NCBI GenBank assembly: GCA_035697145.1 | Contig: DASSDL010000141.1 | Coordinates: forward strand, 13,281-77,280 | Direction: 5' to 3' | Source of the DNA: Acidimicrobiales bacterium | GTDB lineage: Bacteria; Actinomycetota; Acidimicrobiia; Acidimicrobiales; VFJN01 | Length of the DNA: 64,000 nucleotides | In this document: positions 27,017 to 37,430 of the stretch, one piece after another | How the letters are laid out: every line of letters begins with the position of its first letter | Numbering within the stretch: the stretch's first letter is position 1 | Program-made: the position numbers and the translations under genes | Notes under the pieces: generated by a model | What the model was told of the DNA's origin: nothing | The model's input: only the letters and a program-made list of their open reading frames with translations | Databases searched by the model: none

Positions 27017-28759
27017 CTAGGACAGGGCCGCGTCGACCGCCGCCGCCACGGCGCCGTCGACGCGGCCGTGGACCTCGATGTTCGCGGCTCGGTCGGTCCG
27101 TGCGACGAGGACGTGGACGCCACCCTTGGCGGCGGCCTCGCCCACGGCGGCGCCCGTGGCGTCGTCCCGCTCCAGCGCTCGGGCGTCGATGCCGTAGGCG
27201 GCAGCCAACGCCACCAGGTCGAGGCCGTGGGGGGTGCCGAACAGTGTCTCGAACCGCTCGGCCGGCAAGGCCCGGGCCTGCGGCAGGAACGAGAAGATGC
27301 CGCCGCCGTCGTTGTCGACGACGACGCACACCAGGTCGATCCCCCGGCCGGCAGCACCGAGCAGCCCGTTGCTGTCGTGCAGGAAGGCGATGTCGCCGAT
27401 CAGCAGCGCGGTCGGCGCCGCCGATCCGACCGCAACACCGAGCGCCGTGGACACCGTGCCGTCGATGCCGTTGGCGCCCCGGTTGGCCAGGACCGCCACG
27501 CCGTTGCGGGGGGCGGCGTAGCGCTCGACGTCGCGGATGGGCATGGACGACGCCACCACCAGCCGGGCACCGTCCGGCAACGCCGCCACGACCTCGCGGG
27601 CGATCGCCGGCTCGTTGGGCGTCGGCTCCTGGGCGAGCGCCGATGCCACGGCCATGGCGGCGGCATCCGAGGCCGCCACCCACCGTTCCAACCATGCGCC
27701 GGGGGTCGCCCCGGACACCACCGAGCCGAACGCCGCCAGCACGGCGGCGGGCGGTCCGTCGATCACGGTCGCCGCCGTCGCCGCCGGGTCAGACCACCCG
27801 GGCGCGCCCACGACGACCTCGTCGGCCCCCGACGCCGCCAGCCACTCGTTGACCACCCGCGACGCGCCGGGGGCACCCACGCGCAGGATCGCCTCGGGCC
27901 GCAGCCCGTCGGCGGCCCGGGGCGAGCGGAGGATGGCATCGAGGTGCACGATGCCCGTGGCGGCCGGGATCCAGGCCGGGGAGCGCGGCTCGGTGAGCAC
28001 CGGCCACCCGAGGGCCTCCGCCAGCCGATGCAGGGCGGGCCCGTCGATGGGTGCGGCCCCCGCCACGATCACGCCCCGCCGGCCGGCGAGCCGGCGCAGC
28101 TCGACCGGGACGTCCACCGGCGCCTCGGCCGTCGCCGCCGCCGATGTCCGGGCCACCCACGGGCGGTCGCCGCGTCCCGGCGGCAGCGCTCCTGCGCGGC
28201 CCACGAGTGGCTCCCGGAACGGCAGGTTCAGGTGGACGGGGCCGGGCCGGGCGCCCCGGGTCGCGGCGTACGCGCGGCCAGCGAAGGCGCGCCAGCGGGA
28301 CGCCGACGCCATGTCGGGCACCCCCGGATCGCCGAACCAGCGGACGGCCCGGCCGAACAGGTGCACCTGGTCGATGGCCTGGGGCGCGCCCACGTCGCGC
28401 AGCTCGGGAGGCCGATCCGCGGTGCACGCCAGGAACGGCACGCCGGCCAGGTCGGCTTCCAAAACGGCGGGGTGCAGCTCGGCGGCGGCGGTGCCGCTGG
28501 TGGTGAGCACGACCGCCGGCTGCCTGGTGGCGAGTCCTAGGCCCAGCGCCAGGAACCCACCCGAGCGCTCGTCGTGGTGGACGTGGAGGGCGATCTCCGG
28601 CCGCCCGGACAGCGCCAGCGCCAGCGGGGTCGAGCGCGAGCCGGGGCACACCACGGCGTGCCGCACGCCGCACCGAAGCCACTCGTCGACAAGCGTGGCG
28701 GCGAACGTGGCCTGGACGGCGGCGGGGGCGGGGGACTCGACAGGCGGGGTGGAGCTCAT
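27017..28759 (-). CDS. menD: 2-succinyl-5-enolpyruvyl-6-hydroxy-3-cyclohexene-1-carboxylate (SEPHCHC) synthase
   Basis: ATG 28759 (MSSTPP..). ThDP enzyme motifs: VVCPGSRSTPLALAL, HHDERSGGFLALG, IGDIAFLHD.NGL. Confidence 0.93.
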   Translation of the reverse strand: MSSTPPVESPAPAAVQATFAATLVDEWLRCGVRHAVVCPGSRSTPLALALSGRPEIALHVHHDERSGGFLALGLGLATRQPAVVLTTSGTAAAELHPAVLEADLAGVPFLACTADRPPELRDVGAPQAIDQVHLFGRAVRWFGDPGVPDMASASRWRAFAGRAYAATRGARPGPVHLNLPFREPLVGRAGALPPGRGDRPWVARTSAAATAEAPVDVPVELRRLAGRRGVIVAGAAPIDGPALHRLAEALGWPVLTEPRSPAWIPAATGIVHLDAILRSPRAADGLRPEAILRVGAPGASRVVNEWLAASGADEVVVGAPGWSDPAATAATVIDGPPAAVLAAFGSVVSGATPGAWLERWVAASDAAAMAVASALAQEPTPNEPAIAREVVAALPDGARLVVASSMPIRDVERYAAPRNGVAVLANRGANGIDGTVSTALGVAVGSAAPTALLIGDIAFLHDSNGLLGAAGRGIDLVCVVVDNDGGGIFSFLPQARALPAERFETLFGTPHGLDLVALAAAYGIDARALERDDATGAAVGEAAAKGGVHVLVARTDRAANIEVHGRVDGAVAAAVDAALS

Positions 28760-28764
28760 GCGAC

Positions 28765-29541
28765 GTGCAAGCATTCCCCGCCGTGCCGCTACATGGCGAA
28801 CGCGACGGGTCCGGCTCGCCGCTGGTGCTGCTGCACGGCTTCGGTCAGACCTGCCGCTGCTGGGACCCCGTTGCGCCGGCGCTCGCCGCCCGCCACGAGG
28901 TCGTGCGCCTGGACCTTCCCGGTCACGGAGGCTCGGGCGCCATCGCCGCCGACCTCCCGGCCACGGGGCGGCTGGTGGCCGAGGCGGGCGGCCCCGCGAT
29001 CCTCCTCGGCTACTCGATGGGCGCCCGCATGGCCCTGCACGTCGCCACCGAGGCCCCGGGGACGGTCCGGGGCCTCGTCCTCGTGGGCGGGACGCCGGGC
29101 ATCGAGGACGACGCAGAGCGCGCCCAGCGCCGGCGGCGCGACGAAGCCCTCGCGGCGCGCATCCGGGCCGAGGGTGTGGACTGGTTCGTCGACTGGTGGC
29201 TCGCACAGCCGATGTTCGCGGGGCTGCCCGCCGCCGCCCGGTTCGAGAACGAACGGCGGCGCAACACCGCCGCGGGCCTGGCCCGAAGCCTGGAGCTGGC
29301 GGGCACCGGGTGCCAGCGCCCGCTGTGGTCGGCGCTGCCCGGCATCGAGGCCCCCGTGCTGGTCATGGCCGGGGAGGACGACGAGCGCTACGCGGCCATA
29401 GCGGGGCGGACCGCGGCGGCGATCGGCACCAACGCCAAGGTGGTACTCGTCCCCGATGCCGGGCACAGCGCCCACCTGGAACAGCCGGCGCGGTTCCTGG
29501 AGCTGGTCGAGCCGTGGCTGGCCGAGGTCGCGGCCGAGTGA
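28765..29541 (+). CDS. menH: alpha/beta hydrolase, likely SHCHC synthase
   Basis: LVLLHGFGQT, the nucleophile elbow GYSMGA, and a C-terminal GHSAHLEQP. Divergent from menD inside the men cluster. The MenH assignment rests on context. Confidence 0.75.
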   Translation: MQAFPAVPLHGERDGSGSPLVLLHGFGQTCRCWDPVAPALAARHEVVRLDLPGHGGSGAIAADLPATGRLVAEAGGPAILLGYSMGARMALHVATEAPGTVRGLVLVGGTPGIEDDAERAQRRRRDEALAARIRAEGVDWFVDWWLAQPMFAGLPAAARFENERRRNTAAGLARSLELAGTGCQRPLWSALPGIEAPVLVMAGEDDERYAAIAGRTAAAIGTNAKVVLVPDAGHSAHLEQPARFLELVEPWLAEVAAE

Positions 29542-29582
29542 CCCCATCCGTGTTGGCTCGGACTCCCCGGGCCGTCGGGCCG

Positions 29583-30488
29583 TCAGGCCGTCAGCCAGAG
29601 GCCGAGCGCCAGCAGCGTGCCGAAGGCGAGCTGAACCCGGCCCGTCTCGCCCAGCACCGGGACGAGCTCGCCGCCACGGGCTCCGCCCAGCACGGCGATC
29701 ACCGGGCGCCGCGCCAGCGGGACGGCGGCCAGGGCCAATGCCGCCCCCGCCCGCTCCCCCACGACCGCCACGACGGGCACCATGACCACCGCGCCCACCA
29801 GCAGCGCCACATAGAACCAGCGGGTGCGCCGGTCACCGAAGCGCACTGCCAGCGTGCGTTTGCCCGAGGCCGTGTCGCCGGGGATGTCACGCAGGTTGTT
29901 CACGACCAGCAGCGCGGTCGCCAGCAGGCCGACCGGCACGCTCGCCGCCAGGGCCAGCCCCGACAGGCTCTCCTCCTGCACGTAGGCCGAGCCGGTCGTG
30001 GCCACGACCCCGAAGAAGACGAACACGAACAGCTCCCCGAGGCCCAGGTAGCCGTAGGGCCGGGGTCCGCCCGTGTAGAACCAGCCGGCGGCGATGGCCA
30101 GTGCCCCGACCACCAGCAACTCCCAGCCGACGGCGATCGCCAGGGCCAATCCCGCCGCACCGGCGACCAGGAACGACGCCAGCGCCGCCCGCTTCACCGC
30201 GCCGGGCGTCCTCAGCCCCGAGCCCACAAGCCGTAGGGGGCCGACCCGGCGGTCCCCGCGGTCGGTGCCCCGAACGCCGTCGCTGTAGTCGTTGGCATAG
30301 TTGGTCCCCACCTGGAGGGCCAGCGCCACCACGCCCGCCGCCACCGCCCGCCATGCCACGACGTCGGCCCGGCCGGCGGCACAGGCGGTCCCCACCAGCA
30401 CCGGCACCACCGCCGCCGGCAGCGTCCGGGGCCGGGCGCCGGCAAGCCAGACCCGCCACCCCACCGGCGCAGCGACGCTCGCCATCAA
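29583..30488 (-). CDS. menA: 1,4-dihydroxy-2-naphthoate polyprenyltransferase
   Basis: UbiA-family polytopic membrane protein with NYANDYSDGVRGTD and a second Asp-rich motif (NNLRDIPGD). Confidence 0.9.
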   Translation of the reverse strand: MMASVAAPVGWRVWLAGARPRTLPAAVVPVLVGTACAAGRADVVAWRAVAAGVVALALQVGTNYANDYSDGVRGTDRGDRRVGPLRLVGSGLRTPGAVKRAALASFLVAGAAGLALAIAVGWELLVVGALAIAAGWFYTGGPRPYGYLGLGELFVFVFFGVVATTGSAYVQEESLSGLALAASVPVGLLATALLVVNNLRDIPGDTASGKRTLAVRFGDRRTRWFYVALLVGAVVMVPVVAVVGERAGAALALAAVPLARRPVIAVLGGARGGELVPVLGETGRVQLAFGTLLALGLWLTA

Positions 30489-30532
30489 GCGAGCACCGTA
30501 GACGGCCGCCGGCGCCCGTAACCTCCACCACC

Positions 30533-31606
30533 GTGCGCAGGCTGATCGTGGTCGAGGCGCGGGGCACCGGCGAGTTCGTCGACCGCCTGCGACGCGCCTG
30601 GGACGACGGCGACGCCGTCATGCCCGTCGACCCCCGCCTGCCACCCCCCGCCCGCGAGCGCGTCCTGGCCGCCGCCCGCCCCGACGAGCCCGTGGCCGAC
30701 GGCGATGCCCTGGTCGTCGCCACCAGCGGCACATCCGGCGACCCCAAGGCGGTGGTGCTGACCCACGAGGCAGTCGTCGCCTCCGCCCGGGCGACCAGCA
30801 GCCGCTTGGGCGTCGACCCGGCCTCCGACCGCTGGCTGGCCTGCCTGCCCCTGGCCCACGTCGGCGGGCTGGCGGTCGTGACCCGGGCGATGCTGACCGC
30901 CACGCCCCTGACGGTCCACGACGGGTTCGGCCCCGCCGAGGTCGAGGCGGCCACGCGGGGACCCGAAGGCTGCACGCTGACCTCGCTGGTGCCCACCATG
31001 CTCCGCCGGATGGACCCCATGGGCTTCCGGACGGTGGTGCTCGGAGGATCCGCCATGCCCCCCGACCTGCCAGCCAATGCAGTCGCCACATATGGGATGA
31101 CCGAGACCGGCAGCGGCGTCGTCTACGACGGCGTGCCGCTCGACGGCGTCGAGGTGCGGGTCAGGGGGGGTCAGGTCGAGCTGAGGTGCCCGATGCTGCT
31201 GCGGTGCTACCGCGACGGCACCGATCCCAGGGACGTCGACGGTTGGTACCCCACGGGTGATGCCGGTGCCTGGGACGAGACCGTGGGCCGGCTGCAGGTA
31301 TTCGGGCGCCGGGACGACGTCATCGTCACCGGCGGCGAGAACGTCTGGCCCGCCGCCGTCGAGCGGGCGTTGGCCACCCACGCCCGTGTCCGGGAGGTCG
31401 CCGTCGTGGGCCGGCCGGACCCCGAGTGGGGCCAGCGGGTGACCGCACTGGTGGTGCCCGCCGATCCCGCCGACCCGCCCACGCTCGACGAGCTGCGGGG
31501 CACGGCCAAGCGAGACCTGCCGGCGTACACCGCTCCCCGGGAGCTGATCCTCGTGACCGAGCTCCCCCGCACCGGCCTGGGGAAGCTGGTCAGGCGGGCG
31601 TTGTGA
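30533..31606 (+). CDS. menE: o-succinylbenzoate-CoA ligase
   Basis: GTG 30533. A short adenylate-forming enzyme with TSGTSGDPKAV, YGMTETG, TGD.G, and GKL near the C-terminus. The size and men context fit MenE. Confidence 0.85.
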   Translation: MRRLIVVEARGTGEFVDRLRRAWDDGDAVMPVDPRLPPPARERVLAAARPDEPVADGDALVVATSGTSGDPKAVVLTHEAVVASARATSSRLGVDPASDRWLACLPLAHVGGLAVVTRAMLTATPLTVHDGFGPAEVEAATRGPEGCTLTSLVPTMLRRMDPMGFRTVVLGGSAMPPDLPANAVATYGMTETGSGVVYDGVPLDGVEVRVRGGQVELRCPMLLRCYRDGTDPRDVDGWYPTGDAGAWDETVGRLQVFGRRDDVIVTGGENVWPAAVERALATHARVREVAVVGRPDPEWGQRVTALVVPADPADPPTLDELRGTAKRDLPAYTAPRELILVTELPRTGLGKLVRRAL

Positions 31607-31629
31607 CGCGGGTTGCGGCAGCGCGCTGA

Positions 31630-32391
31630 CTACAGCCGCCGCGAGCCCAGCAGCGCCCCGCCGTCGACCACGAGGGTCTGGCCGGTGATCCACGAGGCCA
31701 GGTCGCTGGCCAGGAACAACGCCGCGTTGGCGATGTCCACCGGGTCGCCCAGGCGCCCGAGCGGCATCCGGGCCGCGACCTGCTGCTCGGCCGGTTCCCA
31801 CAGCGCCCTGGCGAAGTCGGTCTTGACCAGCCCGGGGGCGATGGCATTGACCCGCACGCCGGGCGCCAGGTCCTGGGCCAGTGTGCGAGTCAGGTGGATC
31901 AGGGCCGCCTTGGTCACGTTGTAGTGGCCGATGGCGGGCTCGACGGAGAGCCCACCCACCGACGCCATGTTGAGGACGACGCCGCCCCGCTCGGCCATGG
32001 AAGCCTTCCAGGCCTCCTGCACCCATACGACCGGGCCGCGGTAGTTGACCTGCCACGTCTTGTCGAAGCGGGGAAGATCGATGTCGATGGTCCGGCCCAT
32101 GTAGGGGTTGGTGGCGGCGTTGTTGACCAGGATGTCGATGGCGCCGAACCGTTCCATGGTGGCGGCGACGCATGCGGCGATCTGGTCGGGCTCGCCGGCG
32201 TTGGCCGCGAACACGGACACCTCGCCGCCCGAGTCGGGGATCTCGGCCGCCGTCGCCTCCAGGGCCTCCTGCTTCCGCGACGACAGCATCACCGCCGCCC
32301 CCGCCTCGGCGTAGCTGGTCGCGATCGCCCGGCCGATCCCCCGGCTGGCCCCGGTGACCAGCGCCACCTTCCCCTTCAGGCTGATCTCCAT
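31630..32391 (-). CDS. SDR-family oxidoreductase
   Basis: TGASRGIGRAIA, NNAA, and the YNVTKAAL catalytic Y-x3-K. Confidence 0.85.
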   Translation of the reverse strand: MEISLKGKVALVTGASRGIGRAIATSYAEAGAAVMLSSRKQEALEATAAEIPDSGGEVSVFAANAGEPDQIAACVAATMERFGAIDILVNNAATNPYMGRTIDIDLPRFDKTWQVNYRGPVVWVQEAWKASMAERGGVVLNMASVGGLSVEPAIGHYNVTKAALIHLTRTLAQDLAPGVRVNAIAPGLVKTDFARALWEPAEQQVAARMPLGRLGDPVDIANAALFLASDLASWITGQTLVVDGGALLGSRRL

Positions 32392-32436
32392 GGACGCGAA
32401 CGCTAGATGACGTGCGGGTTCGGGCGTCAGTCGGCG

Positions 32437-32850
32437 TCAGGGCCTGGAGTGCAGGATCAACTGGGTCTGCGTCACCTTGGCCACCGGCCGGTCGCGCCCG
32501 TCCGTGACCACCGTCTCGACAACGATCGTCGACCTGCCCACGTGCAGGGGGCGGGCGCTGGCGACCGCCACGCCCTCGCGCACCGCGCCCAGGAAGTTGG
32601 TCTTCGACTCGATGGTCGTGGTGCCCACGGCGCCCTCGGGCAGGTTGAAGTGCGTGCAGGCGCCACCGGCGGTGTCTGCCAGCGCCATGATCATCCCGCC
32701 ATGGAGCACGCCGTTGCTCGTGCACAGGCCCGGCGCCCAGTCGATCTCCACCCTGGCCTCGTCGGGTCCGGCTGCCGTGGCTCGCATGTCGAGCGTGTCG
32801 CACAGCGGTATGGCGGAGCGGAGGAAGGCAGTGGCCTCGTCGGGGGTCAT
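32437..32850 (-). CDS. PaaI-family hotdog thioesterase (candidate DHNA-CoA thioesterase)
   Basis: ATG 32850. [18 protein letters not shown] is the PaaI/YdiI-type motif. The functional guess comes only from proximity to the men genes. Confidence 0.8.
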   Translation of the reverse strand: MTPDEATAFLRSAIPLCDTLDMRATAAGPDEARVEIDWAPGLCTSNGVLHGGMIMALADTAGGACTHFNLPEGAVGTTTIESKTNFLGAVREGVAVASARPLHVGRSTIVVETVVTDGRDRPVAKVTQTQLILHSRP

Positions 32851-32928
32851 GTCTCCATGGTTCCCGACCGGGGTGCAAGTCCCAATTACTCGGGAGGTAG
32901 GTATTCGGGCGCGCCTGCCTCCCCTACC

Positions 32929-34937
<2,009 letters not shown>

Positions 34938-34944
<7 letters not shown>

Positions 34945-34982
34945 AGATATTTCGGGCTATCGCCCCGCTTTTTCTTCAAAGA
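34938..34982. terminator. putative bidirectional terminator hairpin
   Basis: TCTTTGAAGA (34938-34947) pairs with TCTTCAAAGA (34973-34982), a 10-bp stem around an AT-rich loop. T-runs flank both arms. It spans the 12-nt gap between convergent stop codons. Confidence 0.5.
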
Positions 34983-36009
34983 CGCGGATGACGGTCTTGC
35001 CGATGTTGTCGCCGGTGAACAACGCGTTGAGGGCGTTGACCGCCGACCCCAGTCCCTCGTAGACCTGGGTGCGGTATTTCAGCTTCCCCTGGGCCGCCCA
35101 GTTCCCGAGGGTGGCAGCCACCTCGCCGAAACGGTCCCAGTGGTCGAGCGACAGGAAGCCCTGCATGCGGGCGCGGCGGTTGATGAGCTGGAAGTAGTTC
35201 GAGGGTCCCGGCGGGCGCCCATGCTCGTTGTAGATGGCAATGGCGCCGCACAGCACGACCCGGGCGTGCATGGCCAGGCGGTCGAGCACCGCATCGAGGA
35301 TGGGGCCGCCCACGTTGTCGAAGTAGACGTCGACCCGGTCGGGGCACAGCTCCCGGAGCCGGGCGTGCACGTCGTCGGTGCGGTGGTTGATGGCACCGTC
35401 CAGGCCGAGGTCGTCGAGCAGCCAGCGCGCCTTGTCGTCCCGTCCGCATATGCCGACGACGCGGCAGCCCTTGATCTTGGCAATCTGAGCCGCCAGCGAG
35501 CCGGTGGCGCCGGCGGCCGCCGACACGACCACCGTCTCGCCTTCCTGGACCTGGCCGATGTCGATCAACCCCACGTACGCGGTCAGCCCCGTGGCGCCGT
35601 AGAGGGCGAGGAGGGCCGGGGCGTCGACGTCCTCACCAAGCGGCGTCGCCAGCGGGTCGTCACGCACGATGCCGTAGCGCTGCCAACCCGGTAGCGCGTA
35701 CACCGCCTGGCCGAGCGGGAAGCGCTCGGCGCGGGTGGCCACCACGCGGCCGATGCCGCTCGCCCGCACCGGCTCGCCGACCTCGACCGCCGGCAGGTAC
35801 CCCTCGGCCTTGGACAGCCACGTACGCACGGTGGCGTCGATGCCGATCCAGTCGACCTCGAGCAGCGCCTCGCCCTCGGCCGGGAGCGGCACGGCGACGC
35901 CGTCCTGCAGCTCGACGTCGTCCGCGGCGAGCAGGCCCTCGGGCCGCTGGCGGAGCACCACCCTCGTGTTGGTGGTGCTGTCGAGGTCGATGGCCGTCTG
36001 CAGCTCCAT
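34957..36009 (-). CDS. NADP-dependent medium-chain (zinc-independent) alkenal/enone oxidoreductase-like protein
   Basis: MDR fold with the GAAGATGS nucleotide-binding motif (VVVSAAAGATGSLAAQIAK) and the YncB/PTGR-like end FTGDNIGKTVI. Confidence 0.85.
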   Translation of the reverse strand: MELQTAIDLDSTTNTRVVLRQRPEGLLAADDVELQDGVAVPLPAEGEALLEVDWIGIDATVRTWLSKAEGYLPAVEVGEPVRASGIGRVVATRAERFPLGQAVYALPGWQRYGIVRDDPLATPLGEDVDAPALLALYGATGLTAYVGLIDIGQVQEGETVVVSAAAGATGSLAAQIAKIKGCRVVGICGRDDKARWLLDDLGLDGAINHRTDDVHARLRELCPDRVDVYFDNVGGPILDAVLDRLAMHARVVLCGAIAIYNEHGRPPGPSNYFQLINRRARMQGFLSLDHWDRFGEVAATLGNWAAQGKLKYRTQVYEGLGSAVNALNALFTGDNIGKTVIRVFEEKAGR

Positions 36010-36033
36010 TGCGGCGGACGCTAACCGCGGCTC

Positions 36034-36630
36034 CTACCAGCCGCCCCGGTGCACCACGTCGTCGAACGGCGGGCGACGCCGCCCCGAGGACAGCCCGGGC
36101 TCGTCGGGCGCCGGCCAACCCACGGCGATCGCGCCCACAGCCCGCCAGCCGGACGGCACGCCCAGATGGTCGAGCACGGGCCGCTCATGGTCGAACAGGC
36201 CGTAGAACAGCGCCCCCAGCCCGGCATCGACGGCGGCGAGCAGCAGCGTCTGCACGGCCATCCCCCCGTCGACCCACCAATAGGGAACGGGCCATGCAGA
36301 TTCGGCGGTCCCCAGGCCGGTGGTCCGCTTGTCGGGCTCGCGGTAGCGCCCGACGTAGGCGTCCGGCGACACCAGCGGTACCACCACCACGGGCGCGCTG
36401 AGCAGCCCCGACCACCGGAACGCAGCGCGCCGGTCGGCGGGCAGTGTGATGTCCCACAGCGCCGCCGTCTGCGCGCCCTCCAGGACCACGAACGCCCAGG
36501 GCTGGGTGTTGCCCGCCGAGGGCGACCGCCGGGCCAGGTCGAGGAGCCGGTCGATCAGCTCCGGCGGCACCGGGCGTCCGTCGAACGCCCGCACCATGCG
36601 ACGCCGCCGGACCGCGTCGCCGAACTCCAT
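36034..36630 (-). CDS. nitroreductase-family protein
   Basis: ATG 36630 (MEFGDAVRRRRMVRAF). RSPSAGNTQPW is the nitroreductase motif. The longer track ORF is an artefactual extension over the next gene. Confidence 0.85.
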   Translation of the reverse strand: MEFGDAVRRRRMVRAFDGRPVPPELIDRLLDLARRSPSAGNTQPWAFVVLEGAQTAALWDITLPADRRAAFRWSGLLSAPVVVVPLVSPDAYVGRYREPDKRTTGLGTAESAWPVPYWWVDGGMAVQTLLLAAVDAGLGALFYGLFDHERPVLDHLGVPSGWRAVGAIAVGWPAPDEPGLSSGRRRPPFDDVVHRGGW

Positions 36631-36643
36631 GCGCCCCCGCCAG

Positions 36644-37315
36644 TCAGGCGAGCTTGCGGAGGTCTTCCTCCATCGCCCAGCCGAAGCCGATGAGGCTGTC
36701 GCCCTTGCCCGCGTGCAACCCCTCGAACCGCTCGACCACCTCTTGGTCACTCTGCTCCAGGTGCAGCGTCTCGTGGTCGAACACCGGCGCGGGACCGCTG
36801 CCGTCGCCGCGGGCGACGAAGGCCCGCTGGTCGTAGGCGCTGGTCTCGATGCCGTAGCGCTTGGCCAGGCGCCCACCCCAGGCGCGCTCCTCGCCGGTCG
36901 CCTTGTGGCCGGACCGGGGCACGATGTCGTTGAGGTTGCGGAAGGCATCGAAGCCGCCGACGTCGCCGAATCGGGCCGAGACCAGCACGTCCTCGTCGGG
37001 GAACGCGAGCACGGCCCGGCGCAGCAGGTCCTGCATGAGCGCGCGCAGCACCGTGTCGCGCTTGGAGGTGCGGCGGACCGACGCCATGCCCACCAGCACA
37101 CACGGCGTGCCACCGATCCGCTCGAGCGTGGAGAAGGCAAAGCCCTTGAGCTTGGCCTCGTCGCGGACCTGTGTGATCAGCACCCACGCCTCGGCCTGCT
37201 TCGACAGCGTGCCGATCTCATGGCTGTACTGGGCTTCCGCGCAGAGATCGGCCATCTCGACCAGCTCAGCGTCGCTGAGGGCCGTGCAGTCCTTGGTGTC
37301 TACAGCGATCGACAT
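36644..37315 (-). CDS. hypothetical protein
   Basis: 223-aa ATG ORF with normal, non-repetitive composition (MSIAVDTKDCTALSDAELVEMADLCAEA..). I recognise no family; a GNAT-like fold is only a guess. Confidence 0.55.
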   Translation of the reverse strand: MSIAVDTKDCTALSDAELVEMADLCAEAQYSHEIGTLSKQAEAWVLITQVRDEAKLKGFAFSTLERIGGTPCVLVGMASVRRTSKRDTVLRALMQDLLRRAVLAFPDEDVLVSARFGDVGGFDAFRNLNDIVPRSGHKATGEERAWGGRLAKRYGIETSAYDQRAFVARGDGSGPAPVFDHETLHLEQSDQEVVERFEGLHAGKGDSLIGFGWAMEEDLRKLA

Positions 37316-37430
37316 CTCCGGCGTAGCCCCCGTTCTGCGTGCGGCAACAAGCCACTAGTCCAGTCAAACGACACGGGACGCGCAACTCCGATGACCGAAC
37401 ACGCGCGCGCGGTGCCCCCCTGACGCCTCG

